DNA of 63,570 nucleotides, the filler included, from Octopus bimaculoides (lineage: Eukaryota): the NCBI RefSeq assembly GCF_001194135.2. It is 6 parts of 6 records of this genome, joined end to end, with 100 filler letters (N's around TTAATTAATTAA, not from the genome) between each part and the next. Parts side by side here need not be neighbours in the genome. Positions count along the whole stretch, not along the records: positions 1 to 16,025 come from NC_069006.1; positions 16,126 to 26,153 come from NC_068989.1; positions 26,254 to 42,348 come from NC_068995.1; 3 more parts are not named here. One strand, written 5' to 3'. How positions within the stretch are numbered: position 1 is the stretch's first letter; each line of letters begins with the position of its first letter. Under the pieces are notes generated by a model. That model was given only the letters and a program-made list of their open reading frames with translations. It was not told where the DNA came from and searched no databases. A program made the position numbers and the translations under genes. This document shows positions 14,313 to 28,094 of this stretch, one piece after another.

Positions 14313-14439
14313 ATATCTAGCAGCAGCAACAGTGACTCAAATGCTGAGAGTTTCGAACGAGGGCACTTACAAAAGTTTCATAAATGGCAACGCATAAGAC
14401 TCTCGACTCTTGAGTCACTCTGTTGCTTCTGCTAAATAC
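14313..14439. mobile_element. Small MITE-like inverted-repeat element
   Basis: tagcagcagcaacagtgactcaa..gagag pairs with ctctc..ttgagtcactctgttgcttctgcta. A related arm occurs at 60831-60867. Confidence 0.6.
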
Positions 14440-14484
14440 CAATGTAAAATATACACAGAACTGAGTAGTATTTTTCCTATTTGT

Positions 14485-14557
14485 ATAGATTTAGCTCAGT
14501 CGGAACAGCACGAGGCTCTTAATCTCGGGGATGTGGATTCGAAACTCACGTTGGACG
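14485..14557 (+). pseudogene. tRNA-Lys(CTT) pseudogene
   Basis: TAGCTCAGTCGGAACAGCACGAGGCTCTTAATCTCGGGGATGTGGATTCGAAACTCACGTTGGACG closely follows metazoan tRNA-Lys-CTT. The 5' acceptor strand is non-complementary and there are several stem substitutions. Confidence 0.75.
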
Positions 14558-14636
14558 AATCTCAGTTTTGAAGGTCATCTTTTCAGAAGGAAGCAGTTCA
14601 AGAAACGTATAAAGTTAATTTCGATATTTTACTCTG

Positions 14637-14674
<38 letters not shown>

Positions 14675-15983
14675 TTGCTATTTTGCAAAATTGTCGCAAG
14701 TCCAAAACGTTGCTTTCTCAGAAAACTAGGAAATAGTTCCACCATTCCATAGCAAAACCGTTGTACTACACTTTGACAATTTTTGATATCTTGGTATCTG
14801 AAGCAGCTGGAGATACGATAGTTTGTTCCAAAGAACCGGCTATTGCAAGCAAAAATAAATATTGAAAAAAAAAACAAAACGCATTTGCCAAATTTAGATA
14901 TACGACAGTTTAACATAATAGCAACGATATATATATANNNNNNNNNNNNNNNNNNNNNNNNNNNNNNNNNNNNNNNNNNNNNNNNNNNNNNNNNNNNNNN
15001 NNNNNNNNNNNNNNNNNNNNNNNNNNNNNNNNNNNNNNNNNNNNNNNNNNNNNNNNNNNNNNNNNNNNNNNNNNNNNNNNNNNNNNNNNNNNNNNNNNNN
15101 NNNNNNNNNNNNNNNNNNNNNNNNNNNNNNNNNNNNNNNNNNNNNNNNNNNNNNNNNNNNNNNNNNNNNNNNNNNNNNNNNNNNNNNNNNNNNNNNNNNN
15201 NNNNNNNNNNNNNNNNNNNNNNNNNNNNNNNNNNNNNNNNNNNNNNNNNNNNNNNNNNNNNNNNNNNNNNNNNNNNNNNNNNNNNNNNNNNNNNNNNNNN
15301 NNNNNNNNNNNNNNNNNNNNNNNNNNNNNNNNNNNNNNNNNNNNNNNNNNNNNNNNNNNNNNNNNNNNNNNNNNNNNNNNNNNNNNNNNNNNNNNNNNNN
15401 NNNNNNNNNNNNNNNNNNNNNNNNNNNNNNNNNNNNNNNNNNNNNNNNNNNNNNNNNNNNNNNNNNNNNNNNNNNNNNNNNNNNNNNNNNNNNNNNNNNN
15501 NNNNNNNNNNNNNNNNNNNNNNNNNNNNNNNNNNNNNNNNNNNNNNNNNNNNNNNNNNNNNNNNNNNNNNNNNNNNNNNNNNNNNNNNNNNNNNNNNATA
15601 TATATATATATATATATATATATACGCACACATGTATAAAGATATTGACACATATTTAGCGCATATATGTTTCCTCATTATATGTAGATGTATGCCTTTG
15701 CGCGTTTCTTAGTGTGTTGGCGAATTCTACACGGTTGTGGCCTGACGGGGCGGGGTCCGATTGTTAATTTTGGGTGTGGAATTAGGATAGAATTTGTTAT
15801 GTCGATTCTTTGATTCTTTGAAGCATTTACGCTTTGACTCAGTTTCCGCAAGTATTCATTACAGTCTACGCGTTGATACATAGTATACACATACGTACGC
15901 ACAGTCATGGTCGGATGAAATTTGGTACATATAAACATCTGTAAGCATGCATGAATACGTATGTATATAGACACACACATATG

Positions 15984-16025
<42 letters not shown>

Positions 16026-16125
16026 NNNNNNNNNNNNNNNNNNNNNNNNNNNNNNNNNNNNNNNNNNNNTTAATTAATTAANNNNNNNNNNNNNNNNNNN
16101 NNNNNNNNNNNNNNNNNNNNNNNNN
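16026..16125. other. Artificial 100-bp scaffold spacer N44-TTAATTAATTAA-N44
   Basis: The same 12-mer between N runs also occurs at 26198, 42393, 60603 and 62306. It has stop codons in all six frames. Confidence 0.9.
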
Positions 16126-16352
16126 ACATGAGTGTTTTTGTTTCACTTTTGACACGTAATACTTAAATAGTGGAGGAGATATTATGTTGCCGTGTGCTCG
16201 AACTCTGCAAGAAGTTAATAATTATTTTTGACTAAAACACAACTGGAACCCTAAGTAAGGCATGTGTAAAATTTGAATGAAATTGGTTGCGTAGTTCTCG
16301 AGTTTTAGGGATTCACACAGACAGACAGACAGACAGACAGACACACATTCTC

Positions 16353-16396
<44 letters not shown>

Positions 16397-16875
16397 TTGC
16401 ATATGTGTACGTATGCATATATATGAGATCGTATGTCAGAACAGGTTACGCAACGAATATCTTCAAAGACAGTTATATTCATTTTCGTTTTCTTTGTTAA
16501 TAATTGTTAATTATAATTTGTGCTATAAGCAAAGAGATTCGACGCACTTCTGCGCCTCAGTCACTGACTCAATAATGATGAAATTAATGACGTGCTAGCG
16601 ACCAAATCATGGAAGAGCGTCGACACTCTTCGCTGTTCATTGTTTAAAATACAGTTTAGAAATAAAATGCTACGAATCCATCTTTCCTCGTATTCTTAAG
16701 TTGTAGCTGTATTTCTTACACAATGTAGATATCTGTTTACGTACTTGCATACATATATACAAACAAACATACATACACACACATGTATGAAAGTATGTAA
16801 ACAGATGATTACATTGTGTAAGAAATAAAGATGCAACTTAAGAATATATATATTTACATATATGTGTGTGTATAC

Positions 16876-16916
<41 letters not shown>

Positions 16917-17159
16917 TGTATATATGTGTGTATATGTGTAAATTATTTAGTGTATTTATACAGAGCGTTCGAGGACAAGTCGTTAAATGACTATAAATCA
17001 CTGTATTATATTACATTTCATATTCAAAATTTAATATAATCAAGAGACAAAATCTAGTATATTTTACGAACGTCTGCTTTCATACTGATGATTATCCTGG
17101 TCTTGGGACTGCTGATAATACGAAGCAATATAACAGGAAAACACCAAGAAATATTTCAT

Positions 17160-17990
17160 TCGGTGTTTGCACACTTAATCATGGCTGCCCTCAATTCGTT
17201 GACTTTTTTCTGGTTTGGGGCTGTACACCCTATCTTTTAAGTAACTTCATAAAACAGCTAGTGGTGTCCACTGAATGTGGAAGGTGTAGTACTGCACCTT
17301 TTCCTTGTCTCCAACAGCTTTGCAAGATTTCATTAAATGTGGCTGGCTTCCCATCGTTTTGAAATTATGACTCTACATCTTCAAAGTCCTCTTCAATGCT
17401 TCCCATAACATTGTCGCAGCAACTTCGATTATATGGAACTAGTAACAGTTGTAAAGAAAAGAATGGTCCAATTTATCAATATCATGCTAAACTGCACCAT
17501 ATTCTACATCTAATAAATTAACTTGATGTTCCTCCTACATAATATGCGAACTGTTAGGGTCCCAGTACATGCAGCTGTGGGGTGAATCAAACTATTTAAT
17601 TTAAATGCCGCCCCAACACTCCAAACAATCTTTGTTGGAAGCTATGCATCCTTTAGTATCTTGCCAAGTATCACTCGTAAAACACTACGCTTCGGTCCAA
17701 AGGAATTTTATTGAGATAATGGACTATTCTTGGAATGGTACTTATTCCAAAACAACGCTTGAAAATTGGATGTTTGGATGTTGATGGATGTTTGGTTTTG
17801 AAATACCTCTCACAACTCGCTCACCGCACAGTTTTTCTTTAACTCAGGCAATGGGTTTCTAGTGTCTTGCTTTGTGGGGCAAATATTAATATTCGCATTA
17901 TTCTGGAACATTTCTTGTAGACATTCTGAACTGTGCGATCTGCTTTCAACTTCTCTCTAATTCAGAGCTTTGACATATTGCGTTTGGAAC
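17160..17990 (-). mobile_element. Degenerate Tc1/mariner transposase (maT/DD37D-like)
   Basis: Manual translation across frameshifts and stops gives motifs in the expected order: IREKLKADRTVQNVYK, KIVWSVGAAFKLN (~WSDEAxFKLN), SCMYWDPN, IGPFF, FQNDGKP (~FQQDGAP), TPL..SYLKDRVYSPKP, NELRAAM. A possible TIR start TA-CAGAGCGTTC is at 16959; the partner TIR was not found. Confidence 0.8.
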
Positions 17991-19359
17991 CTCCTCGTAA
18001 ATTGCTATTGCCAAATCAATTATAATTTTACATAAAATTCGAATTATGCAATAGAAGCAGCTCTCTAGTATAAGCATTATGAATGCCACATACTTATTGT
18101 TTGCTTAATCTTTGAAATTGAAATACGTATCCGGTGGAATACATATTTCTCTTTCCTGCAGTCACTTCCGAGCGAAATCTTTTCACCTAATTCTAATGTA
18201 GTTTGTGTTTTTTAACACGTTACATTTTTTTAAAGAATTTTTCCCGGACGAAAAGATTCGCCTACTTGTTCAATTACATAAATATGATAAGTATGTTTTG
18301 CAGATAAAATAATTTTACAATACATATTTAAAAATCACTAAGCGAGCATTCCACCGCCAGGAGCATAATTTTAGTTATATATTTTGCATTTTCCCAATGA
18401 TTTTAAATTATTCATTTTCTACTCCGTTGTCAGGATTTAAAAGGATAATATAATCAGTTGAGTCTCTGGCGAGATTCGTCACGATTTTGGTTTAAGACGA
18501 ATCACTCAGATTTTCCATTGTCAATCAACGCTTAATGGTTTCATAGTTGCACATGTATAAAAAGAGTTTTAAGATGACTCTAAACCGACCAAGATTTTCC
18601 ACTGAACATTTCTTGAAATAATTTCAAAGATTTTCTTTTAATTCTGTTAATGCTATTAAATATTTGATGTCATTAAATTGAGTTTTAATTAGATCAATGG
18701 TGCTTTTTTTTTAATCACTGTTCTTCATCTCTTTTTTATTTTAACTAATTTCATTACACAGTCGATGCCTTAAGTGTCAAAGATTTCCTTTAATACAAAA
18801 TAAACAAATGCAAAAACCACCTTCATGCACATTTATAGGAATCTTCTTCTTAAAGAGTTCAAACAAATGTGAAAAGGTCTTTAACACAATGGTTTACTCT
18901 TCTGTAATGGATACAATGATACTTTGAACTGTGCTACATCAAGAAAACACTTTCCCTAAGATGGATTGTTTTTATCCTGCATTTCCCCCTTGCTTGTTGC
19001 CGACCATCAGTATGGATTAAACTGATCTTTTGGTAGTATCTTCATGGTTCATCTAAAATGGCATTTATTGGGGAAAATTGCTGTTCAGAAACAACGAAAA
19101 ATTTTCTTTTGCGGTATTTAGTGATTGGATGATTACATTCTTTTTTTTTTTTTTTGCAATTGGAAACTGATTAACAAAAGCTTTTTAATTTAGCACTAGT
19201 GCATTGAGGGTCAGATATCTTCTTGACCACCACATATTATTAAGAGAACGAAACGATAAAGCTTTATATTCTACAATCCTGACTTTCTTTAAATTTATTT
19301 GTTTAAACTGGATCGATTTTAATGCCTATCTCACCAGTAATAACACAAAGAATATGATC

Positions 19360-19510
19360 GCGAATAAAGCAACCGAAATTGGGTTCCTTCAGAGGATTTC
19401 TGGTGTAAAGTTACTCGACAGGATGCGCACTCGAAGATCAAGGTGTCTCTCCCGGTCGCACCGCTGCTTTTCCGCATTAAGTGGTCACAGTTCCGATAAC
19501 ATGGTCATGC
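19360..19510 (+). mobile_element. RTE-type LINE fragment (C-terminal part of ORF)
   Basis: ATEIGFLQRISGVKLLDRMR..KIKVSLPVAPLLFRIKWSQFR*HGH resembles the AEMGFLRRISGVTLLD..SQLRWYGH motif. Same family as 27634 and 56940. Confidence 0.75.
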
Positions 19511-19604
19511 GATTTGAACGAGTGAGCAAAAATTCACAAGATAGAATCTTCACACCGAGTCAACGTGTCCTATTTTCTATCTCCACCAGACATTAGGACA
19601 CGGC

Positions 19605-19800
19605 TCCATATGGCTCCATCAGAAATTTGGGCTCTAAAATACGTGTGTGATTCAACCTGTTCGAGCCTCTCACTGCCCAGTTTGGCGTTAATGTTCACTT
19701 TCTCTTTTCCTATTCTCAAGAGTTTTGTTTTCTTATGGTTGAAATAAAGACCATGCGTATTTGATACCTCATCGACTGTATCTAGGAGTGGCTGTATAAG
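19605..19800 (-). mobile_element. LINE reverse-transcriptase fragment (downstream of YADD)
   Basis: IQPLLDTVDEVSNTHGLYFNHKKTKLLRIGKEKVNINAKLGSERLEQVESHTYFRAQISDG matches GLxINxxKTK..LEQV..YLG. Confidence 0.8.
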
Positions 19801-21151
19801 AAAGTTTGATTTCTTTGAAATCGATTTTTTATCTGACGAATTTTTTTCTGTTTTCAAACTGCTGCTTTTTAGAACAAAAACATACAGGATAAGCATTTTA
19901 CTAACAGAAATATATCAACTTCATCAACGATTAATGCGTGATATTTTAATGGTCGAATTGCTGATTTCCCTGAATGAATGACGCTTTTTATTTCTTCTAG
20001 CTACTCAAAGGCATAGTCTTGCGGCTACATATTTAACCATAGCCTCATACATTGTACAGAGTTCATTGAAGCGCTGATTTCTATTGCAAGTAATACAGTG
20101 TCTATGAAAATCTTTACTTTATTTACTTTGGGGGCTTTTTCTCCTTCCTATGCATCACCTTTGTATAAAATTCCATCGAAAACTTCTTTTAATGGTGGAA
20201 TAATTCAGTTCACGCAAATTTTGGTTACAAAAATATGTCGATTATGGTTAATGCATATTAAAGTAATTTAATTTCTTTCCTTCAATGTTTCTTTCTTTTG
20301 TCTTTTTCTTGTCTTTTCTTTTTTTTGCTCGTAATTTATTCATTTATTGTTTCTCATCATATTTTACATATGAAACTTAAATTTCATAGTATTTGAAGAT
20401 TTCTCTAACTTGAATTGCTGTAGAAATTGTTCGATTTTAGTGTTGCTGCTTCAAATTTTGTGTTACGCAAATCGTTTTAAATCAAAAACAGGAAATTTTT
20501 GTTACATTTTTTCTAACATTCACTCCATCATCTTTTTTAACATTTTCAAAATTGTAGCACCTTAAGTTTAGTAGTACATGAATTATTACTTTCTCTGTAT
20601 TGGAAAGGAAAATACATTAAGTGATATGTATCATAAATATTAAAAATATTGTGTTTATTAACTATTTCAACATTTTATTCAAAATAGTAACACTAATAAC
20701 GATTATTCTTCGAGGAAGATTTTATTAACCTTTGCCAATTACAAAGTCAGTAACGTCGATATAATTGCAAACAGTATGGCGGCGAACTGGTAGAATCGTT
20801 CGCACACGGAGCAAGACAGCTTTGTAAGATTTTATCAGTTTTTATCTTTTGAGTTTAATCTCTTCTCTACTCTAGGCACATGGCTCAAAATATTTGGGGA
20901 GAGGCTTTTAAGGGAGTGAAAATGTTCATAGTAATCGCGTAAGCGCGCATGTCCATACATACACAAGCGCGCCCGCACACCCACGTACATGCGACAAAAA
21001 TCCAAAGAAGACTCCATTCGTGCTTTATAATATAAATCAATAATTTTTCCAGATTTCCAGGTTTATTGATCTAGCCTTTCCCTTGAGTCCACTAATACCG
21101 ATGACTCGTCGGATACACAATATCAGGAAACCACACAAGCAGCACACAGAG

Positions 21152-21191
<40 letters not shown>

Positions 21192-21729
21192 NNNNNNNNN
21201 NNNNNNNNNNNNNNNNNNNNNNNNNNNNNNNNNNNNNNNNNNNNNNNNNNNNNNNNNNNNNNNNNNNNNNNNNNNNNNNNNNNNNNNNNNNNNNNNNNNN
21301 NNNNNNNNNNNNNNNNNNNNNNNNNNNNNNNNNNNNNNNNNNNNNNNNNNNNNNNNNNNNNNNNNNNNNNNNNNNNNNNNNNNNNNNNNNNNNNNNNNNN
21401 NNNNNNNNNNNNNNNNNNNNNNNNNNNNNNNNNNNNNNNNNNNNNNNNNNNNNNNNNNNNNNNNNNNNNNNNNNNNNNNNNNNNNNNNNNNNNNNNNNNN
21501 NNNNNNNNNNNNNNNNNNNNNNNNNNNNNNNNNNNNNNNNNNNNNNNNNNNTACACATATATTCACACATTCATAAATATCCATACAATTACAAAGATAT
21601 ACAGATACCTACGTGTACACACGCAAATACACGCGCACACACTCGCGCGCGCGCACACATATATAAGTACATTTATATAAATACATTTAGACACAAACTT
21701 ATACATATAAAATTACACACACACACACA

Positions 21730-21793
<64 letters not shown>

Positions 21794-22066
21794 GTAATGA
21801 TATATCTAGAAGAATGTATGAGCAGCGCAATGTTGATGTATAAATAAACACATCTGTATTAAAACCACTTAGTCTGTATGTGCATTAATATACAGAATTT
21901 TATATAATTTTTTTATAGCATTAACAGACAAATACAATTACTCTTAGATACCATCTACGCAATAGTTCATTCATAAAAATCAGGTAAAAATATATATAAC
22001 TTGAGATTAATGTTAAAGACTTTCAGTTAGACAGTCATTGTAGAACTCAGCAAATATTAAAATTGT

Positions 22067-22118
<52 letters not shown>

Positions 22119-22122
22119 TAAC

Positions 22123-22171
<49 letters not shown>

Positions 22172-23394
22172 TTAGACCTTGCATTTTATAGGGAAAAGAA
22201 GCACTGCAGATTTTTTCTGCTGAGGATTCGATCTGGAATGGAAATTTTAAAACTCATTTCATCATAAAAACTGGTGTTACAGATGGTATCGACATTGAGA
22301 AGGTACCGACATTGCTACACCATAGTCCGAACCTGCCCTCAAACTGGAAAACTTTTTTCCGTTTCACTTGCCTACAGTTTGTATATCTTTTCAAAGTTCT
22401 AAATGATGGCTTTAATGAATGAAGCAATGAAATTACAATTTGACTACAACTAAACCCCTAATAAAATCATTTAGATTTTCACTAATTAATGAGTTTTGAT
22501 TTTGCGTTATAGATTTTAACGGAGGTTATTGTGTGGTTACGTTTCAGGGAATTATATAACGTGTGTATATGTGTGCTGCGATTGAATTACTATTGCATGT
22601 TGCAGATGAACGAGACAGTAACGGTGGAGATGTAAGCACTAACGCAACGTTCGTTCCCGTAGCATGTTTGATATCTATCGGTGGGCGGATAAATGGTCCT
22701 TACTACTTCTGTTCTGATTTGTATTTACCGAAAACAAGGATAAAAGACAAAGTTGATCTCGGAAATTAAACTTCAGTTGCAAAAAGATGAATCAAATTTT
22801 GTTACAAATTCTGGTTGACACATCTGCGATTTTACAAAACAAATTCTCTATAAAACATTTTGTCTGCTCTCTGAATTTAAATGTCAAATGCTAACGGCTT
22901 CAATAATTAATAAATAAAAAGAAACAAAAAAATTTGTCTGAAGGAAAAAGATTTTGATGATTAATATATGTTTAGTGCATTAACATTTAGACGTTTCGCA
23001 TTGAATAAAATTAAATATTTTTAGCCATCATGTTAATGTTTGTTTTTTTTTCAGATAATTTTAAATATTGACAATGTTTTCAGACAACTTTACTCAAATA
23101 TTATGAATGCGAGTAAATTTTGTCAGTTTCATTTTTAATGTTCAGAGTTATTTATGGTGAACCTACAATGTAATATATATATATATATATATGCTTGTTT
23201 CAGTCATTCGACGGTGGCCATGCGCATAAATTCAACCCAATATATTCATTATTACTTTATTTACTTCGAATTCAACCGTTAAAAAGGAACCATTTCACGT
23301 CTCCCCAACTTCCTAACTTGTAATGACATCAAATTATTCATTTATTCAACTCATAACAAGCATTTTATGTAGGATTTTCTAGAGTGAGATTTCC

Positions 23395-23755
23395 CAAGAC
23401 AGTCTCACGGATGTTCCAGCAGCAAACTACCATTTCTGTGTATTCCACCTTCTTTGGTACCACATATCCATTATTTTTAAATCCTTCTTTCCTTTCGGTT
23501 TCACCACCAAGGGTGTAATTAGAGAGAATGCTTTCTACTAATTTAGAGAAATCATCTGCTTTATGGTTGTCAGTTGATATATTGACAATTTCAACAAAGA
23601 CCAAGCATAAAATACAATACGTTCCAGTGAATCTAGGAAATTGAGATCTTTTATAGGCTCCATCATATGGTAACCATCAAATATCCCTTTATCAGATTTT
23701 CCTTTTCAATCTTGTGACTTTGCTGCATAAATAATCAAAGCAGGCACCTACATGG
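23395..23755 (-). mobile_element. Degenerate DDE transposase C-terminal fragment, CMC/Chapaev3-like
   Basis: GACFDYLCSK, KGIFDG, KDLNF, AW, NHKADDFSKLVESILSNYTLG, then IMDMWYQRRWN..CCWNIRE. This matches the recalled pattern EGIFxGP..FLGNxKAxNY..LG..MExRYQGRW..DYCW with the HxxxxH/GERFHQ block deleted. The family name is from recall. Confidence 0.65.
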
Positions 23756-23810
23756 TGTAACATATCAAAAAGCTTGATACGTATTGTTGTTATCTGTTAT
23801 TTTTGTATAT

Positions 23811-23985
23811 CTTTCAGTCATTAGACTTCGGCCATGCTGGGGCAAATCGTCCCCATTACTTAATTCGTTAGCTTAGTAGTTTTTCCATCGGTTCCTTTTG
23901 CTGAAACGCTAATGTTATGGGGATGTAAACACACCAACACTGGTTGTAAAGCGGTGATGGGGGACAAACTAAGACACACACGCAC
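23811..23985 (-). mobile_element. SINE family A 3' body
   Basis: Reverse-complement homology to 3322-3450 and 4364-4550. Confidence 0.65.
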
Positions 23986-25473
23986 GCACATATAAGAGTA
24001 TGGTTTAAGTTTAGAATATTTTTTATAAATATGAAATTGTGTCTAACATATTGTTCTAACATTAACATAATGAGGTTTGCCACTGATGATTGTAGCTATG
24101 GACTACAATCTAGACTTCGCTGGGTTACCTGGTGCATACAACTCAGTCATATGGGAACAGTATTAATGCCTTCATTTTTGGACTAATATATTTGGGGGGA
24201 AAGATATTTACTGAAATTTCGCTTTCATTATATTTTGTATTCAAAAACATTTTCTTAATTTAATCAATTTATAAATCACAAACAATAACGAAATAATGAA
24301 AAATGAATACAAATAAAGTACAAAGAGAATAATTTAAATTCAATTATTTTATTGCTTTAAATAATTTTAATGCTTTAAATAATTTTTTAGTAAAACTAAC
24401 AAAACAATAAATCCACTATTAAAATAATCTTCGTCGCCAAAATGACGCAGATTTCGAATTGAAATATATGGCCAACGGCGGATTCGTTTTGAAATATCTC
24501 AATTGAAAATTGCTAAAATTGATCAATATGCAAATTAATGCAGTTTACAGTACAACTGTTAAATATGTAACGTCTCAAATGTTGAATATATTTCAAAAGT
24601 TCAGTTTTTATTATTCAGAGCGACGGACAATAAAAGATAGAGATACCTGTCTTTCCCATTTTAGATATATACCTTGACAAGAAAATTAGATCGAATGAGA
24701 AGATATTCAAATTGTATATACGTGCGGATTGAGGTCCCAAATTCCGGTTTAACAAATGTTTCAATTAGAATATTGAGTCTTACTCTGTACCAATAATGCA
24801 TGAACTGATTGTGAAAACTACACAACTTTTGGAATAGCTAACATGTTTAACTTTCAAGATACTAAATTTCCTTCGTTTTTTTTTTCAATTTTATTGCCTT
24901 ACGCTGTATACCAATTATCTCAGGCTTAGATAGAAAAAACGTTCATATCTGTCATGCGTCAATAAAATATGTGTGCTCATGTAAGTATTACGTTAGAATC
25001 TCTTAGGTATGGGGAGAGACATAGGAATTCTAATGTAACTAACTCCCAATTACTTGATGTTAGTAAGTAAAATTAATATCCTTGGACACTGGATCTGCGT
25101 TGTATAATTGAACAGTTGCAAGTATTAGTAACATGGAAATCTTCAGTGAATTCTTCTAGATGTGTTTGCCTGGAAAGTCTTAGGTTATCATTAATCCCAT
25201 TTATTTGAATTTGAGAAACTGCAATATACCTAAAAGCACAAGTAATTGACGGTTTGATTTATCGGATAAGATATTTGCTTAACTGGCTGCGGTTATATAA
25301 ATTTGTAAACTTATTTCTGTAAAACATAATGACTGCCATAAACAAGCGCGAGATAATATTCCTTGCAGCAAAAGTGAATCTAGAAATAAGAGTATGTTTA
25401 CTCCCATACACAAAATATTAGTCTTACAGACTCGAAAATCATTCAGATGTACTTTATATATCTTGAAAATATA

Positions 25474-25635
25474 GGCGCAGGAGTGGCTGTGTGATAAGCA
25501 ACTTGCTTATTAACCACATGGTTCCGGGTTCAGTACCACTGCGTGGCGCCTTGGGTAGGTATCTTTTATTATAGCCTCGGCCGACCAAAGCTTTGTGAGT
25601 GGATTTGGTAGACGGAAATTGAAAGAAGCCCGTTG
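25474..25635 (+). mobile_element. SINE family A head followed by (TA)(TG)n
   Basis: ggcgcaggagtggctgtgtg..ggttccgggttcagtaccactgcgtggc..gaaagaagcccg. Confidence 0.9.
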
Positions 25636-25672
<37 letters not shown>

Positions 25673-26253
25673 ATGTGTGTGTCTGTGCTAGCGCACGCGC
25701 GTGTGTTGAGAAAGTTGAGCAGAGAATCTGTACCAAATTTTGCCAAAAGCAGTTGGTACGGCTTGCAGAATAAAGCTACCTGTAGAAACTCTAAAAGTAA
25801 ATATACCGAAATACATCTGCGAATGATTTGAAATTACATTTAATTGTACAAGTCTTACCAGTGAAATACGCAGGACAAGATATTTTGTGGACACTCTGTT
25901 AAAGGACCTTTCTTTAAAGGCACTTTAAAAGCGAAATATTCATTTTCCTTGAACCAAGAGCGAGAAACGATAGCTATTCAATACAAACATATTTGCATAT
26001 CTAAAAGGAATATAATAATGATTCTTTATCATCTCATACATTAAGCAAGATTTGAGTAATTATTGCAAATGAGTTATGCCTTGAATGTATGCACGCTTTA
26101 TGTATGTATACATACACACACACACACACATACACACACACACACACACACACNNNNNNNNNNNNNNNNNNNNNNNNNNNNNNNNNNNNNNNNNNNNTTA
26201 ATTAATTAANNNNNNNNNNNNNNNNNNNNNNNNNNNNNNNNNNNNNNNNNNNN

Positions 26254-26299
<46 letters not shown>

Positions 26300-26324
26300 G
26301 CACATGTATATGCATATATATATG

Positions 26325-26357
<33 letters not shown>

Positions 26358-26420
26358 ATGTATATATATATATATATATACATATATATAAATGTATACA
26401 CTCATCTATACATATATGTC

Positions 26421-26458
<38 letters not shown>

Positions 26459-26647
26459 TACTTGCAGGAAAGTTGATAAACAAATAAGGAAAACAGTGAT
26501 TCTTTCATCATTTTTTAGAAAGCCTCTTATATATGTATATACATACATACATACACACAAAAGCACAAGCGCACCCATACAGACACAGGAACACGCACCA
26601 TGTGCACAGACACACACGCACACACATACACACATGCACGAACATAG

Positions 26648-26680
<33 letters not shown>

Positions 26681-26687
26681 CATATAG

Positions 26688-26752
<65 letters not shown>

Positions 26753-27633
26753 CACAACGAATTTTGAAACTAAAATAGAGACTAGGTTNNNNNNNNNNNN
26801 NNNNNNNNNNNNNNNNNNNNNNNNNNTATATATATATATATATATATATGCATATATACACATACACGTGCATGCCTACATATAAATGTATATATACATG
26901 TATATATGGGTACAGGACGTCAAAGAACGTGAACAAAATGAGAAACGAGAACATAAAAAATAAAAGCATGGAAAACGAACTTTTTTTTCGAACCACGAAA
27001 GAAACAAATAGAGAAACAAGACAGGCAACATAAAGAACATTATGCATTGGAGTGTATATATGTTTGTATGTGGATATTATCTTGTCCATTTGCATGATTA
27101 GTCTCCCAGTACTAGATTATTTTCTGTTCGCTCGCAGATGTGCAGGTAACATATAAGAATTCACATACGTATACAACATTAAGTTGCTTTCAGTATCTAG
27201 TCAAGCCGAGCATCGAAATCGTAGGCTTTAAAATGGCGCATAAATAAAAAAGTAAATAAATCTTATTTAATACACGCTTAATTATTATCTTTGGGACCAC
27301 AATATGCAAACGCACACACATCGAGACACGCACACATTACAGGCACGGACGCACACACACCTAGATGCAGACACATAGACACACAAACACAGACACACAC
27401 ACTCACACACAAACGTACTCATACATTTTCTTTGTTGATAGGATGCTACCGAAGTGGTCTTCTTTTAAAATTTAATACTCAATAATTGTTATGAATATTA
27501 AATTAATTTTATGTCGTTTTATTTTTAGGGATCACATCGTCATAATAGGGTGAAGCCCGTATGCATACATAAAAGCGCATATGCATTCATATATACGCTC
27601 ATATATGTATATATTTCTACATACTTAGATAAG

Positions 27634-27990
27634 AGTTCAATCGCAAATACAAGCGATCGAAATGGGCTTCCTTCGAAGGGTCTCTGGCGCAACGTTACCC
27701 GACAGGGCACGTAAATTGGAAACCAAGGAGTCTTCCAAGGCAGAGTCGCAAATTCAGCGCGTTGGGAGGTGATTAGAATGTCGCATGAAGGAGACCTTGG
27801 GTGTAGACCAAGAATAAAGATGGTTGGATAATATTCTTAGTCTCAGCTGGTTACGCTTGGAAATCCAGTGAGAAATTTTAATGACGATTGCATCTGACAG
27901 GAACTTGTGGAGGAAGTGCTTTAAGATTCTATTTTCATGATTCTCTCATGAATATGGGTGGAATAAAATAGGAAATGTAATAATGATGAT
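27634..27990 (+). mobile_element. RTE-type LINE 3' end with (GAT/AAT)n tail
   Basis: QIQAIEMGFLRRVSGATLPDRA..VIRMSHE..RPR..WLDNILSLSWLRLEIQ. The stretch gtagaccaagaa..gatggttg.ataatattc.tagtctc is shared with the 57060 copy. Confidence 0.75.
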
Positions 27991-28094
27991 GATGATGATG
28001 ATAATAATAATAATAATAATAATAATAATAGTAATAATAATAATAATGATAATAATAATAATAATGATAATAAAAATAATAATAATAATAATAA

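Noticed and set aside
18100-19200. Complex AT-rich block beside the mariner relic
   Set aside because: Manual translation of the parts I examined gave no recognisable motif.
22606-22631. 26-nt micro-exon-like segment (tgcag|..|gtaagc)
   Set aside because: Weak pyrimidine tract and no supporting gene model.
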